Assembly: GCA_025920435.1 (NCBI GenBank)
Contig: JAPDLT010000002.1
Location: 199 to 64,198, forward strand
Direction of reading: 5' to 3'
From: Candidatus Rehaiarchaeum fermentans
Lineage (GTDB): Archaea; Nanobdellota; Nanobdellia; Parvarchaeales; Parvarchaeaceae
DNA: 64,000 bases
Shown: piece by piece, positions 35,709 to 45,762 of the stretch
Layout of the letters: each line of letters starts with the position of its first letter
Position numbering within the stretch: the stretch's first letter is position 1
Made by a program: the position numbers and the translations under genes
Notes under the pieces: generated by a model
The model's input: the letters and a program-made list of their open reading frames with translations, nothing else
Told to the model about the DNA's origin: nothing
Databases searched by the model: none

Positions 35709-36818
35709 AAACTCTCCTTCCTTTATTTTCTCTGGAATATATCTTTCAGATATAAATTTAATGCCATTTGCTGCTAATGCATTTAATTCTACTTTGCCAG
35801 CCAAGTTCTTCATTTTATTTAATTCTTCCTGCCATTCTTTATTATTCTTAAACCAATCGTAGTTAGATATTTGATCAAGTCTGCTAAAGTCTACATCTTT
35901 AAACTTAATTATATGTTTTTTGAGATTATATCTAGAAATATCGTCGTATCTTAATCCCACAAATTTGGCTTGCGGCAATGCAAGTCTTTCTGATTCGTGT
36001 GCTAAATTTATAGATCCGAATTTGATAACAGAGTATATATAGATACCCCAAGGATCAAAATCCGTCAATACATAAACTGGCAGATTATATTCACTATTAA
36101 GACGCTGTAAAAGCCTTCGCGTACCTCTAGTAGCTTGTCCTTGAGTACCCATTATTATGCAATGTAACTTTTTCCACACTTTATCTTCATTAAGTCTTTC
36201 CCACAGATCGTTCTTTTCCATAACTAATACAAAATCTGCATCAACTTTCTTAAATACTAATTCTTCAGTGTTACTTGGTATTGACCATCCTCCGCTACCC
36301 ATCTTCGACCAATCTATAATATCATTATTATCTTCAATTACAACTTCACCTGCAACAACTCCTCTTTTATCTGCTCCTATATTTAGTTGTTCTCTACTAA
36401 AGGACGTAATTAATTCTAAATCCTCTATTGCCTTATCGCTCTCTGTTTGCTCATAAACTAAATCAATATTTGTATTAGGAAGAGTTTTCTTAAGCATGTA
36501 AAAAATATCTCTTAAATGCGCATGTGTTTTTTCTTCAATTAGCTGTTTGGAAATTGCGGCAACAGCTAGTGTTTGAACGAATTTTCGTACAGCTCCTACA
36601 TCCAAATAGTATCTTTTAGATAGGGCAGATCCAAGCTCAAGTATCCTTTTTTCTTTATTAAATTTTACGTTAGAAAGGTGTCTTATAGGTATTTCTAAAT
36701 AAGGGTTTTCACCTTTATTAATTTGATCTAATATAGTCTCACCTATATTTCTAAGTTTTTCAACTACTTGCTGCTTTATTTTTAAGATACTTTCTTCATC
36801 TAGTGCTTTCTTTTCCAT
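35700..36818 (-). CDS. top6A: DNA topoisomerase VI subunit A (Spo11 homolog)
   Basis: 372 aa. It has a 5Y-CAP region and a Toprim region (FVLVMEKNDLW...VYVLTDFDPWGIYIY), and lies downstream of top6B. Confidence 0.9.
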   Translation of the reverse strand: MEKKALDEESILKIKQQVVEKLRNIGETILDQINKGENPYLEIPIRHLSNVKFNKEKRILELGSALSKRYYLDVGAVRKFVQTLAVAAISKQLIEEKTHAHLRDIFYMLKKTLPNTNIDLVYEQTESDKAIEDLELITSFSREQLNIGADKRGVVAGEVVIEDNNDIIDWSKMGSGGWSIPSNTEELVFKKVDADFVLVMEKNDLWERLNEDKVWKKLHCIIMGTQGQATRGTRRLLQRLNSEYNLPVYVLTDFDPWGIYIYSVIKFGSINLAHESERLALPQAKFVGLRYDDISRYNLKKHIIKFKDVDFSRLDQISNYDWFKNNKEWQEELNKMKNLAGKVELNALAANGIKFISERYIPEKIKEGEFLD

Positions 36819-38646
36819 CTTCCAAAGATTTTGTTACGCTTTCTTCTATTTGCTTCCTTCTAGATTCTAATAATTTATCTACGCTAGCTTTAATTAATTT
36901 TTCATCTTTATCTGTCAATTTAGCTAGATCCTCTACTAATTCTACAGAATATTTATTAAATAAACTTATTTTCTCTTCAAACATCCTTTTTCTATTTTGC
37001 CTACCAAGATAAAGAGCAAGTTCTCTTAGTGCTTCTTGCAAACCAAGTTTTATTTCGTTCATAATAACAGGATACTTAGCGACTGCGCTCTTTCCCTCGC
37101 TAGTATAAGGAACCCAAACACTTGCGATATGGACCAAAACTACTAAAGGACCAAGAGGAACTTTTCCTTCTACCTGCAAATTATATCTTGAAAAGTCTAT
37201 AGCAGAAAATGCAGCAGTGATTGCACAAGAAGATGCATCTGAAAGCAATGGTATTCTATTGGCGAATCTCATCAATTCTGCTTTTTGAAGCGTTATTTTT
37301 CCACCATAAGCCAAACCAACCTCTATTAAAAAAGGAATTCCTCTATAAACTTCCGGCTTTCTGGTAACAGCATAGACAAAATCAGGAGAGAATTCAGCTT
37401 TTAAGCTCTTTTCTATTAATTCCTTTCCTATAGGAGAAAGACAATCAGTAGGTGGTCTCAATAAATCCAAAGATTGAAGTGCTTTAAGTATTTTGTCATA
37501 CATATCGGTAGATATTTCTTTGGGAGAAGTTTTGGGATCAATGCCTACGCTTTTGAGTGTTTCTTCTGCTATATTTTTACTCACTCTTGATAATTCTTCT
37601 TCTAAGGCTCTCAGAATAGATTTTTCCTTACTTTCCTTCATTAACCTAATAAAAGATCCTAGTTCTAGCCCCTGCGGATGAGGCTTGATAGCTTTAGGTT
37701 CTGGAGGCAAGGAAGTTGTAACCCTTTCATACTTAAATTTTTGACCTAGAGGATTAATGTAAATTATTGTAGAAGCAGGATTTACTAGGGCAGTCCTTTT
37801 TATATATTCATCAACGCCTTTAGAGCCAGCAACGTATATTCCCTCTATTTCTAGCTCAATTTTTGTTCCATGCTCATATGGAAAATCTTTAACTTCTTCA
37901 CGGGAATAAATTATCGGTTCGTTTTTTATAGTATCGACCCCTATTTGCATTTTAATGGCTTTGCCCTTAAGAGTCTTAGATATTACTGTAACAGGTTTTC
38001 CAGTAGTTAATTGAGAATAAAGAACTGCAGCATGTATGCCTATACCTTGTTGCCCTCTAGATTGTTTCATCATGTGAAACTTACTTCCATAAAGCATCTT
38101 GCCAAATATAAATGGCATTTTTTCTTCCACTATTCCAGGCCCGTTATCTAATATAGTTATCTTATAACGTGGACTCTTTTTCTTTAGAGAAAAGTTATTT
38201 GGTTGGATTGAAACCTTATCCTCAGAAATAATAATATTGAATGAACCATCTTCATATTCAAAACTTATTTTTTCTTTCTTTTCTTTAGTGATATCTTTAC
38301 CATGATAAGAAAAGTTAACATTTTTATCCGAAATAGATAATATTCCAACTAATTTATCTTGGCTTAATATCTGATAATCCTCGCTTACTTTTTCTACTTG
38401 AACAAAGATTTCAGGTAATTCTGGTTTTAAACCTTTTTTTATTTGAGAGTAAGCCTGTTCTTCACATGCATCCAAAGAATTATCTAAAGCTTCTTTTACG
38501 CAAGTAAGAAGAGCTTTCTGCTTATTCTCAAACCCTAATAAATGTCTGTTCTTTTCGAAAAATTCTGTTACACTAATACTCCTTTGTTTCTGAGCAATTT
38601 CCTCTGCAACATCAAATATTTCTTCAACCATAATTGATGCTCCCAA
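36796..38646 (-). CDS. top6B: DNA topoisomerase VI subunit B
   Basis: 616 aa. GHKL/Bergerat ATPase motifs are present (EALDNSLDA, ILDNGPGI, GSKFHMMKQSRGQQGIG), followed by a transducer domain. Confidence 0.9.
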   Translation of the reverse strand: MGASIMVEEIFDVAEEIAQKQRSISVTEFFEKNRHLLGFENKQKALLTCVKEALDNSLDACEEQAYSQIKKGLKPELPEIFVQVEKVSEDYQILSQDKLVGILSISDKNVNFSYHGKDITKEKKEKISFEYEDGSFNIIISEDKVSIQPNNFSLKKKSPRYKITILDNGPGIVEEKMPFIFGKMLYGSKFHMMKQSRGQQGIGIHAAVLYSQLTTGKPVTVISKTLKGKAIKMQIGVDTIKNEPIIYSREEVKDFPYEHGTKIELEIEGIYVAGSKGVDEYIKRTALVNPASTIIYINPLGQKFKYERVTTSLPPEPKAIKPHPQGLELGSFIRLMKESKEKSILRALEEELSRVSKNIAEETLKSVGIDPKTSPKEISTDMYDKILKALQSLDLLRPPTDCLSPIGKELIEKSLKAEFSPDFVYAVTRKPEVYRGIPFLIEVGLAYGGKITLQKAELMRFANRIPLLSDASSCAITAAFSAIDFSRYNLQVEGKVPLGPLVVLVHIASVWVPYTSEGKSAVAKYPVIMNEIKLGLQEALRELALYLGRQNRKRMFEEKISLFNKYSVELVEDLAKLTDKDEKLIKASVDKLLESRRKQIEESVTKSLEDGKESTR

Positions 38647-39103
38647 AAGCTACCGATAGTGATTTCCCACTTAATATTTTATTTATAATTCTTTTTGCTT
38701 TATCAACTTCGTCGTATTTGCCTATTATAGAGATAGTTTTACCAAATACAGATATTTTAGTGTTAGTAGTTCTTTCTATCTTAGCTTTTATTGATCCGTC
38801 TCTTCCTATAATTCTTCCCTTCAATTTAATCATTCTTTTTTTATTTTTTGTATAAGAATCTAATAAAATTATCTCCAAAAAATAATCTTCATTTAGCAAC
38901 AACTTTGATGCATCTTCGTCAAAACCTCTGTTAAAAGCTGTTATAACTTCCTTAGCTAGCATAACATTAACCGCATCTCCTCTTATTATAACTTTACCAT
39001 TATTAATATCTACGCTTATACCTATACTTTTCAAAGCTTCTTTCAGATTAGACGAATTAAAAGCTAGGAACCTCTTTTTATTCATTAATATTTCTTCCTC
39101 CAT
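38624..39103 (-). CDS. KH-domain RNA-binding protein (aDim2/Pno1-like)
   Basis: 159 aa. KH motif LKGRIIGRDGSIKAKIERTTNTKISV is present, with a second degenerate KH upstream. Confidence 0.7.
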   Translation of the reverse strand: MEEEILMNKKRFLAFNSSNLKEALKSIGISVDINNGKVIIRGDAVNVMLAKEVITAFNRGFDEDASKLLLNEDYFLEIILLDSYTKNKKRMIKLKGRIIGRDGSIKAKIERTTNTKISVFGKTISIIGKYDEVDKAKRIINKILSGKSLSVAFGSINYG

Positions 39104-39185
39104 GGCAAATACCAGATACTATTTATTTATTTTTCAGCTTTAAAAGCTTATAGAAAATAATATAATAAATAAAATAAATAAGATA

Positions 39186-39482
39186 ATGAGAAGCCAAGCA
39201 ATATTGATTATCTTTTTACCGATGGTAGCTATATCACTTTCAATTGCTACTTTATTTTCATTTTCCTTAAATTCATTCGAAAGTTATGCTTCATTTCAAA
39301 TAAAAGAAATAGAGTTTTCTTACATAGCTAATAGCTTATGTTCTATGAAATATCTTAATTCAAGCACATTCTCGCTATTTAACATATTTTTTCAACAAAA
39401 TAACATAAATATTTTCTTTAATGGAAGTGTTGTATCATTAAATTCGCAAAACTCTAATACATACTTATTAAAGAGGTGCTGA
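39186..39482 (+). CDS. small secreted/membrane-anchored protein, unknown
   Basis: 98 aa. The N-terminus MRSQAILIIFLPMVAISL may be a signal or class III-like peptide. No other signal. Confidence 0.35.
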   Translation: MRSQAILIIFLPMVAISLSIATLFSFSLNSFESYASFQIKEIEFSYIANSLCSMKYLNSSTFSLFNIFFQQNNINIFFNGSVVSLNSQNSNTYLLKRC

Positions 39483-39826
39483 TGGAAGAAATATTGTTCT
39501 TGATATATGGAAACCACCCAAAGAGTAAGAAGCTTTATGCAGAGGCGGAAAAAGTAATAAATATAATAAGAGAAAAAGGAGAAATTGAAAGAAATGAATT
39601 AGCAAAACAACTTAACTTAGACTTGAGTAAAGCAAAAGATAAAAAACATTTTTATGCAATAATCTCTCCTATGTTCAACAAAATACTTATTTCGGAACAT
39701 AGAGGGAAAGACCTAGTAATTTATAAATTATCCTATGATATATTTAGAATTTATCTAGACGGTATAAGAAGAAAAGCCAAATATTATTTAACAAAAGAAT
39801 CAGAAACGGATAATGATGTATTATAG
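39476..39826 (+). CDS. hypothetical protein, possible wHTH
   Basis: 116 aa. IREKGEIERNELAKQLNLDLSKAKD resembles an HTH. It overlaps both neighbours (7 and 14 nt). Confidence 0.4.
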   Translation: MLMEEILFLIYGNHPKSKKLYAEAEKVINIIREKGEIERNELAKQLNLDLSKAKDKKHFYAIISPMFNKILISEHRGKDLVIYKLSYDIFRIYLDGIRRKAKYYLTKESETDNDVL

Positions 39827-40328
39827 CGGAAGAGGAGATGATGGGTATACAGATCTGAAAGGAGAAAGAGTTAGAAAGGACTGTCCGGCTATCGAGTTAA
39901 TAGGAGAGTTAGACAAGCTAGCAGCGCATATTGGCTTAGCACTTTCTGAAATAGTTGATAAAGAAATAAGGGAAACTCTTGAAGAAGTAGAAAGACACAT
40001 ATATTTAATTAGTGCTAAAGTAAGTGGTTTTATTACAAAAGAAAAGGAAAAGGAGTTAGAAAAAGATTTAGTAGCTTTTATAGAGGAGAAAACAAATTAT
40101 TTTGGCTCCAAAATTCCAGATATTTCTAAATTTGTAAAGCCAAATGGTTCGAAGGCAGCTACACTACTTAATGTTTGTAGAACCTTGGCGAGAGAATGTG
40201 AAAGAACCGCGATAAAAGAACATCCAGAAGTTCAAATAATAAAGTACTTAAATAGGCTTTCTTCATTGTTATTTGTTCTATTTAGATATCAGAACATGTT
40301 AGATGGTTATAAAGAAGAATATTATTGA
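39813..40328 (+). CDS. ATP:cob(I)alamin adenosyltransferase, PduO/MMAB type
   Basis: 171 aa. GRGDDGYTDL.....RKDCPAIELIGELDKLAAHIG and the helical-bundle remainder are typical of PF01923. Confidence 0.8.
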   Translation: MMYYSGRGDDGYTDLKGERVRKDCPAIELIGELDKLAAHIGLALSEIVDKEIRETLEEVERHIYLISAKVSGFITKEKEKELEKDLVAFIEEKTNYFGSKIPDISKFVKPNGSKAATLLNVCRTLARECERTAIKEHPEVQIIKYLNRLSSLLFVLFRYQNMLDGYKEEYY

Positions 40329-40780
40329 GAAACATCTGCTATCTTAGGAGAATTTATTTTAATTATATCACTTATTCTTATTTTAAGTGTTTTGTTTAAA
40401 TCCCCTCCTCCAGCATACATAATATGTTCATTCGCTATATCTTTGTCAAGTATTTTTATTAAATTAGGGGGCAAGTCGAGAGGAGGAACTGCACCTCTTT
40501 TATAATTAACTATTTCTAATATTTCTTTATCATTAGCTAATCTTACGTGCTTAAAGCCTAACTTCTTTATTTTAGCAAGTGAAATCCTTTTGCTTCCTCT
40601 TAGAAAAACTACGACAGGAATGTTATCACAAATTAAAATTATACTTTTAAGAATTCTATCAGGGGTTAAGTTAAGACTTTGAGCAGCAGAAACAGAAGTA
40701 GAGAAATCCTCTCCTTCTATTAATTCTGCATCAATAGAATGTAATTTTATAAATTCTTGAAGATCTTTACTATTTTTCAT
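40322..40780 (-). CDS. YbaK/ProX-type aminoacyl-tRNA trans-editing deacylase
   Basis: 152 aa. LKSIILICDN.PVVVFLRG and GAVPPL are YbaK-fold motifs. This is consistent with a ProRS that lacks its own editing domain. Confidence 0.75.
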   Translation of the reverse strand: MKNSKDLQEFIKLHSIDAELIEGEDFSTSVSAAQSLNLTPDRILKSIILICDNIPVVVFLRGSKRISLAKIKKLGFKHVRLANDKEILEIVNYKRGAVPPLDLPPNLIKILDKDIANEHIMYAGGGDLNKTLKIRISDIIKINSPKIADVSQ

Positions 40781-41175
40781 CTATAACTAGTTTGTTTTCT
40801 AGCTCTAGCTGCACTTCTGTAAGGTTTTTGTGGTTCTGTAATTCTTCTGTCATCGACTAACAACGTTCTGTCTATTTTTACAAATTTCTCTTTTAAAGAA
40901 CTATCTACGCTAACCAGAGCCTTCGCAATTGAAGATCTTATCGCTCTACATCTCGAAAAATTACCTCCTCCTCTAGTTTCAACTAAAAAGTTGTATTTTT
41001 TAGCAACATCTCCTGCAATAAACAGAGGCTCCATTACTTCATATTTGAATAAAATATTATCCATACTGTTAAGATCTCGTCCATTTATGAATATTTTTCC
41101 TTCTCCCGGAACAATACGAGTCTTTGCGTATGATGTTTTTCTGATAGCCAAAAATATGTTACTTTGCTTATTCAT
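40777..41175 (-). CDS. rps9: 30S ribosomal protein uS9
   Basis: 132 aa. GGG..SRCRAIRSSIAKAL and the C-terminal ARARKQTSYR are present. Confidence 0.9.
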   Translation of the reverse strand: MNKQSNIFLAIRKTSYAKTRIVPGEGKIFINGRDLNSMDNILFKYEVMEPLFIAGDVAKKYNFLVETRGGGNFSRCRAIRSSIAKALVSVDSSLKEKFVKIDRTLLVDDRRITEPQKPYRSAARARKQTSYR

Positions 41176-41569
41176 AGCCTAAATATTTCGAAATTTCTTT
41201 TATAGTAGGATATTTATTATAGTCAGGAGACTTAAATAAATTAATTGATTGAGATACATCTAATCCTTCTGGAATACCTTCGTAAATTTTAATTCTTTTA
41301 AATGCTTCTCTCCCAACTGCTTTTTTCCTTCCAATCATTCCTCTTACACTTCTCTTAAATATCTCAGTGCTCTTAAATGAAATAAAAGGACCCTTGTTAT
41401 TACTACCTTTGTTCTTCTTTTCTACTAATTTTTTAATTACTAAATTCTTATCTTTTTTAAAAATCGCCTTCTCAGCATTAATTACAATTATTTCTTCGCC
41501 TTCTCTTGCTAATTTAGCAATTACTGACGATATCCTTCCAAGCGGAGCTCCAGTGGCATCTATTATCAT
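41168..41569 (-). CDS. rpl13: 50S ribosomal protein uL13
   Basis: 133 aa. IIDATGAPLGRISSVIAKL is present. Conserved L13-S9 pair with an 8-nt overlap. Confidence 0.9.
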   Translation of the reverse strand: MIIDATGAPLGRISSVIAKLAREGEEIIVINAEKAIFKKDKNLVIKKLVEKKNKGSNNKGPFISFKSTEIFKRSVRGMIGRKKAVGREAFKRIKIYEGIPEGLDVSQSINLFKSPDYNKYPTIKEISKYLGYE

Positions 41570-41664
41570 AATAGCATATATATAATTACTATTAATATTT
41601 TAAATCTTAACTGAATGCTAAAACCAATAGAAAACTTTTATAAATTATAGTGTAATAAAATGAA

Positions 41665-43845
41665 ATGCCGGAAAAAGAGTCCTTAACTGATAAAGTGAAA
41701 AGATTGATGCAACAGACCGAAAAAATAAGGAATATAGGAATAATAGCGCATATAGACCATGGAAAAACTACTACTGCTGATAATCTTTTAGCTGGTTGCG
41801 GAATGCTTTCAGAGGAGAAAGCTGGAAAAGCCCTTGTCTTAGATTTCGAAGAAATAGAGCAAGAAAGACAAATGACCGTAAAAGCTTCTAACGTAAACAT
41901 GGTTTATGAAAGACCAAATGGAGAAGAATACTTAATTAATCTGATAGATACTCCCGGCCATGTAGATTTCGGAGGACACGTAACGAGAGCTATAAGATCG
42001 ATAGATGGTGCTATAGTAGTGGTTGATTCGGTAGAAGGCGCTAGACCTCAAACAGAAATGACACTTAGGCAAGCACTTCAAAACAATGTAAAGCCAGTTC
42101 TTTATATTAACAAAATAGACAGACTTGTTAATGAATTAAAGTTAGATCCAAAGGCAATGCAAGAATGGTTAACAAAAATAATTAATCAAATTAATAATTT
42201 AATTAAATTATATGCGAGAGAAGAATACAAGCAAAAATGGCAAGTAAGTGTACAAAACGAAACTGTTGCATTCGGAGCTTCTTTAGACAATTGGGCGATT
42301 AGTATAAGTACAATTAAAGATACAGGAATAGGATTTCAGCAAGTTTATGAAGCTTATAAACAAAATGATAAAGATAAGATAAAAGAATTGTCAAAGAAGA
42401 GCCCAGTTTATAGAGCTTTGCTTGAAATGGTTGTTAAAAACCTACCTAATCCTAAAGAAGCACAAAGATACAGAATACCTATAATTTGGAAGGGCGATTT
42501 GAATAGTCCAGAAGGAAAATCTTTACTAGAATGTGACTCTAACGGAACTTTAATGATCTCATTGAATAGCATAGAAGTAGATCCTCAAGCAGGAGAAATA
42601 GCTGTTTGTAGAATATTTTCAGGGAAAGTAAAAAAAGGACAAGACATATATTTAATAAACAATAAACAACAAAGCAAAGCTCAATTACTGTATATTTGGA
42701 AAGGAGCACACAAGTTTCAAATTGAGGAAGCAGTGGCTGGAAATATAATAGGAATAGGAGGTCTTAAAGATGCTTTTGCTGGAGAAACAATATCTTCTAA
42801 TCCTAATGTCGAGCCGTTCGAACCAATAAAACACATATTAGAACCAGTAATGGTAAAAGCGATTGAGCCAAAAGATCCAAAAGATTTACCAAAGCTGACG
42901 CAGGCCCTTCGTGATTTAGCAATATCAGATATAACTCTTAAAGTAACTACTAATCCACAAACAGGAGAAATACTTATTGCTGGGTTGGGCCCTCTTCATC
43001 TAGAAATAGTAGAAGATAATTTAAGAAGAAAGTATAATTTAGACATAGTAACTTCGCCTCCAATAGTAGTTTATAAAGAAAGTATAACTAAAAAGACACA
43101 GGAATTCGAAGGAAAGTCTCCAAATAAACACAATAAACTTTACGTACATTTGGAGCCATTATCTGAAAATATCTTAAAAATATTAAGGGAAGAAGAAGTT
43201 CCAAGAGGAAGAATCAAAAATATACCTGAAGGAATAAAGAAAGAATTAATTGAAGCAGGCATGACTAATGATGAGATAAAAAGAATAGTAGACATAACAG
43301 GAAATAATATTTTTATAGACAATACTCGAGGAATATTGCACATCGGAGAAATAATAGAAATGTGCGCTCAAGCATTTGAAGAAGTGATGAAAGGAGCGCC
43401 ACAATGTAGAGAAGAAGCAGAAGGAGTTTTAGTTTCTCTGGATGATGCTGTATTGCACGAAGACGCTATACATAGAGGACCTGCTCAAATAATACCTGCA
43501 ATGAAAGATGCTATAATAGCTGCCTTCTTAAGCGCAGGACCTATTCTATTAGAACCTATTCAAATAATAAGAATTGATGCGCCATCTGCTTACATAAATT
43601 CAATAACTGCTTTAGTTCAATCAAAGCGAGGAACTGTCGAAAATGTGGAAGAAGAACTAGGAAATGTAGCAATAACTATAAAAATACCTGTAGCAGAAAC
43701 ATTCAATTTAGCAGATGAAATAAGAAGCGTAACTGAAGGAAGAGGCTCATTTTCTTTAGTTGGGAGTGAACTTAAGAAATTGCCTGATAGTTTGTATCAA
43801 AGTGTAGTCAAATCAATAAGAGAAAGAAAAGGTTTGCAAACTTAA
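41665..43845 (+). CDS. fusA: translation elongation factor aEF-2
   Basis: 726 aa. G1 AHIDHGKTT, DTPGHVDF and NKIDR are present, along with the diphthamide-site region HEDAIHRGPAQ. Confidence 0.95.
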   Translation: MPEKESLTDKVKRLMQQTEKIRNIGIIAHIDHGKTTTADNLLAGCGMLSEEKAGKALVLDFEEIEQERQMTVKASNVNMVYERPNGEEYLINLIDTPGHVDFGGHVTRAIRSIDGAIVVVDSVEGARPQTEMTLRQALQNNVKPVLYINKIDRLVNELKLDPKAMQEWLTKIINQINNLIKLYAREEYKQKWQVSVQNETVAFGASLDNWAISISTIKDTGIGFQQVYEAYKQNDKDKIKELSKKSPVYRALLEMVVKNLPNPKEAQRYRIPIIWKGDLNSPEGKSLLECDSNGTLMISLNSIEVDPQAGEIAVCRIFSGKVKKGQDIYLINNKQQSKAQLLYIWKGAHKFQIEEAVAGNIIGIGGLKDAFAGETISSNPNVEPFEPIKHILEPVMVKAIEPKDPKDLPKLTQALRDLAISDITLKVTTNPQTGEILIAGLGPLHLEIVEDNLRRKYNLDIVTSPPIVVYKESITKKTQEFEGKSPNKHNKLYVHLEPLSENILKILREEEVPRGRIKNIPEGIKKELIEAGMTNDEIKRIVDITGNNIFIDNTRGILHIGEIIEMCAQAFEEVMKGAPQCREEAEGVLVSLDDAVLHEDAIHRGPAQIIPAMKDAIIAAFLSAGPILLEPIQIIRIDAPSAYINSITALVQSKRGTVENVEEELGNVAITIKIPVAETFNLADEIRSVTEGRGSFSLVGSELKKLPDSLYQSVVKSIRERKGLQT

Positions 43846-43865
43846 ACTTTCGATTATTTTTAAAC

Positions 43866-44492
43866 TTACGAAATAGAATTATTGTCAAAAATTACGTTTT
43901 TTAAAGAAGAATAGTTAAGATAGCCTTGGTAGGTTTTATTATCAAAAACTATAGCAGGGAATTTGCTTATATTATAAAGCGATATCAAATCTTTAACTAA
44001 GGGAGAAGTACTATTTGCATTTATCGCAGATATTATCGTTTTATTCGTGTTTTGTAGATAAATATAATTTAGTTCTATACCTTCTTCTTGGCTTTCAACG
44101 TTATTTACAGTGTAGAAAAATAAGATATCTTTTATATCAGTTTTGCATTTAGAAACTAACAAATTACCATATAGCCAAATTTCTACTCTCAAATACATAA
44201 TAGTGTTTAAGTTTGTGGTAGAAAGAGTAGAATCATTATAAATACTAGAGTATATTGCATTTTTATATGCTAATTCATTTAGATACGAATGTAAATAATC
44301 GCATGCTGTAGGAGAATAATATCCTAGTAAAGTTATAATCTGCAGCTGCTGAACTTCATAATCAAGATTATTTATTTGATTAATTATTTTAGATTGATAA
44401 ATAGAGCTTAAAGACAACCCAATTAGAAAAGAAGAAATTACTAATATTGAAGTAACTACTATCGATAAATAAATATTTTTTTTAGATTTCAT
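43866..44492 (-). CDS. membrane-anchored extracytoplasmic protein, unknown; follows the GT2 synthase
   Basis: 208 aa with one N-terminal TM, then an Asn/Ser/Tyr-rich ectodomain with many N-x-S/T sequons. It starts 1 nt after the GT2 stop. Confidence 0.45.
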   Translation of the reverse strand: MKSKKNIYLSIVVTSILVISSFLIGLSLSSIYQSKIINQINNLDYEVQQLQIITLLGYYSPTACDYLHSYLNELAYKNAIYSSIYNDSTLSTTNLNTIMYLRVEIWLYGNLLVSKCKTDIKDILFFYTVNNVESQEEGIELNYIYLQNTNKTIISAINANSTSPLVKDLISLYNISKFPAIVFDNKTYQGYLNYSSLKNVIFDNNSIS

Positions 44493-44493
44493 A

Positions 44494-45726
44494 CTACCAG
44501 GAAGATTGCTTTCTTTTTATTAGTACAAATAGTAGAGAATAAAACCATATAAAGGAAATTATAAAATTATATATAAATACGTAGAAGAGTAAACCGAAGA
44601 CATTTTCTAAATTGAAACCATTGTTTGCTTTATAAAGCATAAATATTAGAGAAGTAAAACCCAAAATTATTGATATTGTTACAAGAACGTTTGAAAAAAA
44701 GCTAGCGCTTAAATAATTAAGAACCTCAGTTGTTATTATAAAAGAAAATATTTGCTTGTTAGAAATTACAAAATTTATAAAATTAATAAGTTGAGGAATA
44801 TTTATAAAGATCAAAAGAGAAGAAAAAAGAGAAATAGAACTCGAAATAATTGAGAAAGGCAAAAATACATATTTTAAATCTTTGTTTTTATTCAACTCAT
44901 TTTTATATTTGAACAAGTTTATAAAAAAACCAGTATACCAGCGCCTTCTTTGTCTAAAAAGACCATAAAGAGAAGTAGGAACTTTCGTATAACTTATTGC
45001 TTTCAAATCATTTATTACATAATAACCTTTCAAATTCAATCTTAAGCCTATTTCTAAATCTTCAGTTATGTTATTTTCATCAAAGTAGTTAATTTTTTCT
45101 AATATGTCTTTTCTAAAAGCAGAACCTGCACCATGAGCAATTATCAAACTATTTATTTTTGATGAAGCATTTCTTGCTAAAATAGATAAATCGTATTCAT
45201 ACTTTTGAGCCCAGGCTATTAATGAATCTCTGTAATTATCGACCTTTACCGAAGAAACTACAGCACCAACTTCCTTATTATCAAAATAAGGAATAACTAT
45301 ATTTAACATGTTTCTTTCTACATAAGTATCTGCATCCAATATTAGAATTATTTCTTCTTTAACAAAGTTTTTAATGGAATAATTTAAAACTTTGCTTTTC
45401 CCGTTAAAAGGCGCAAATATTAGATTTATTTCATTATATTTATTTTTCAAATAATTAGCTGAATCCACAGTTTCTTTAGAGGAGCTCTTATTCAAAACTA
45501 AATAAATTCTTTTGTTTTTATAATTTATTTCCAATGCCTTTTCAACTGTATTAATTATTTCCTTACCTTCATATATGCACGGTATAACTATAGCAACGCT
45601 CTTCTTTCTATTTTTATGTTTTTTATTATTCATATTTGATTCTTCTAGAAAAACAAACATCCAAAATACAGATGAAAAAATTAAAAATGAAGAAATTAAT
45701 ATGCTAACTAAATACAAATAATTCAT
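44494..45726 (-). CDS. membrane-embedded family 2 glycosyltransferase, processive-synthase type
   Basis: 410 aa. N-terminal TM, VAIVIPCIYE, LILDADT, ITEDLE and the Q(R)xRW motif (FRQRRRWYTG) are followed by several C-terminal TM helices. Confidence 0.8.
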   Translation of the reverse strand: MNYLYLVSILISSFLIFSSVFWMFVFLEESNMNNKKHKNRKKSVAIVIPCIYEGKEIINTVEKALEINYKNKRIYLVLNKSSSKETVDSANYLKNKYNEINLIFAPFNGKSKVLNYSIKNFVKEEIILILDADTYVERNMLNIVIPYFDNKEVGAVVSSVKVDNYRDSLIAWAQKYEYDLSILARNASSKINSLIIAHGAGSAFRKDILEKINYFDENNITEDLEIGLRLNLKGYYVINDLKAISYTKVPTSLYGLFRQRRRWYTGFFINLFKYKNELNKNKDLKYVFLPFSIISSSISLFSSLLIFINIPQLINFINFVISNKQIFSFIITTEVLNYLSASFFSNVLVTISIILGFTSLIFMLYKANNGFNLENVFGLLFYVFIYNFIISFIWFYSLLFVLIKRKQSSW

Positions 45727-45762
45727 TAATTATAAATGAGTTTTTATTAAATAGAAATTTTA

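Noticed and set aside
41607-41900. 97-aa minus-strand ORF spanning the rpl13/EF-2 divergent promoter and the EF-2 5' end
   Set aside because: It is antisense to the highly conserved G-domain of aEF-2, and its composition is hydrophobic mirror sequence.
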